A stretch of DNA of 64,000 bases from Chiloscyllium plagiosum (lineage: Eukaryota). Positions 62,231 through 64,000 of this stretch are shown here, in pieces. The stretch spans positions 62,746,085 through 62,810,084 of the forward strand of contig NC_057719.1 in the NCBI RefSeq assembly GCF_004010195.1, written 5' to 3'. The notes under the pieces were generated by a model that saw only the letters and a list, made by a program, of their open reading frames with translations, was not told the DNA's origin and made no database searches. The translations under genes and the position numbers were made by a program. Position 1 is the first letter of the stretch; each line of letters starts with the position of its first letter.

Positions 62231-63383
62231 AACATCTCAAACTGCAGGAGTTTCACTTAGTGATACTGAACTGTTATTTCACTCCAGAGTTGGACCAGTG
62301 CAGCAGATCTATACATTTTTGAGCATTTTTAGCCAGTAACTGTAATGGAATAAAAATACAGACAAGTCCCAGGGGTTGTGAACAAGTTCCAATCACAGGT
62401 CAACATATACGCAAGTCAGAACACAATGGAGGGCAATACAAATTAGCAATCTGAAGTTTCAGAAATGGTCATATATTATGTAAACCCCTGTGTGGGAAAG
62501 GTGCTGCATCTCATAAGTCAGATGTTCATGTATCAGGGACCACTTGTATGCCTTCTGTTGATGATACGTTAGTTATGTTGTTAAAACGCCCAGATGAAGA
62601 GCAATCTTTAATTAAGTAAATGGAGCACTGAGAGAAACTGTTAGGTTGTGGAGGACCACTTCGCAAGTACACCACGGGCAGAGACAATGCTACATTCTGG
62701 AATGAACAAACTAACGGAAAAAGGATTTGCACCTACTTCCACATTTCTTCACTGTCTAGCTTAGAATCTAATAATCAACTTCACCAAATTTATTTTCTTG
62801 TGGATGTCATTGACATTTTTTTTTTCATCCCACAATATCCGAATCCCTATGTCTCCATTCCTCACCTTGCCATGTTGGTTACCCTCTGCCAGTGCTGGCA
62901 TCATACTGTGCAGCAATCTTTGTGACCTGATCACCCCCTCTCTCCCCGCAGAAATCGCCAGCATTCCTCCTTGTCCACTCCCCCATGACTTCTAAAGTCA
63001 GGCATTTGCAGCAGAATGCAAACTTTCATCATACTGCCACCAGATAATCTGTGGGTGAACTGTTTAATTTCTTCTTTGAAATGAATAATGCCAGTGTCAG
63101 GACGGCAAAGCAATTTTTTCAATTGCTGACTTTCTTCTGATTATTAGAATGCCTGTCGTAAATCACGATCCCCCAGCAGTTATTATCTGGTTGAAGCATT
63201 GTTATAAATTTTCAGAAAGGATCAAGTGCAGTTGAGCAGGATTCTGTGTACAAAATTTGCATATTTAATTTTCTCTTTGCCATATTTCTTTTCAATTTGG
63301 ACACATCATCTCTGCCTCATGGATAGACAGTAGACTGCAATGTTAGAGAGGGAGGTTGGAACTCACTTGTCCCATTTCACGAG

Positions 63384-63700
63384 ATCATGAAATCCCTGCA
63401 GTGTGAAAGCAGGCCATATGGCCCATCGGGTCCACGTCGACCCTCCTAACAGCATCCTACCCAGACCTACCCCATCTCTGTAACCTGCATTTCCCATGGC
63501 AGCTCCTCCTGGCCTGCACGGTCCTGGACACTATGGGCAATTTAGCATGGCCAATCCACCTGACCTGCACATCGCTGGACTGTGGGAGGAAACCCATGCA
63601 GACACAGGGAGAATGTGCAAACTCCACACAGACAGTTGCCTGAGATTGGAATTGAACCTGGGACCCTGGCGCTGTGAGGCAACGGTGCTAACCACAGTGC
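63384..63700 (-). mobile_element. HE1-related SINE
   Basis: Reverse complement of the head (ggcgctgtgaggcaacggtgctaacc) and body (gggagaatgtgcaaactccacacagac). Confidence 0.88.
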
Positions 63701-64000
63701 AGTCCAAAAAAATCATGTCAATCCCAGCCTGCTGTTGCAAACTGCTCAGTCTGCTAATCAGGCTGTTCGTAACAATAAAATCACATAGGGTTAGTCATGT
63801 GCCTCACCCCATGCAGAAATCCATTTTTGTTGGTCGAGAGAACCTTTGATGGAACTCTATATCTGTGCACATTAACCCTGCATCAGAAAGAGGAGTTGTC
63901 CGGACGCAGTAACCGTTGGAGAAAAGTGCCCACAGGAAACCATGTAGTTCCTTGGTTTGTGCGAACATTGTTGGTTGTTTTCAGTGAGAGAAGGACAGCT

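Overview
Eukaryotic DNA, almost certainly from a cartilaginous fish (shark-type HE1-like SINEs, HER1/CR1 LINEs, Deu-domain SINE). The window lies inside the FUT8 (alpha-1,6-fucosyltransferase) gene on the + strand. Two consecutive coding exons (6289-6403 and 61165-61402) are separated by a ~54.8 kb intron that includes an 868-N gap. Everything else is intronic and rich in repeats: CR1/L2-type LINE fragments, tRNA-derived SINEs, one solo LTR (TG..CA, 5-bp TSD), an old long inverted-repeat pair and microsatellites. The most interesting component is about a dozen Penelope-like element (PLE) derivatives from at least three sequence families. Several are 165-220 bp ORF-less fold-back elements with 13-14 bp TSDs and an unpaired tail of usually ~35-38 nt. 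Their fold-back point lies in or beside a minimal type I hammerhead ribozyme motif (CUGANGA-stem II-GAAAC/GUH). Hammerhead cores that are still intact lie antisense to FUT8, while the sense-strand copies are damaged. All calls were made by eye; repeat family names and many boundaries are approximate.
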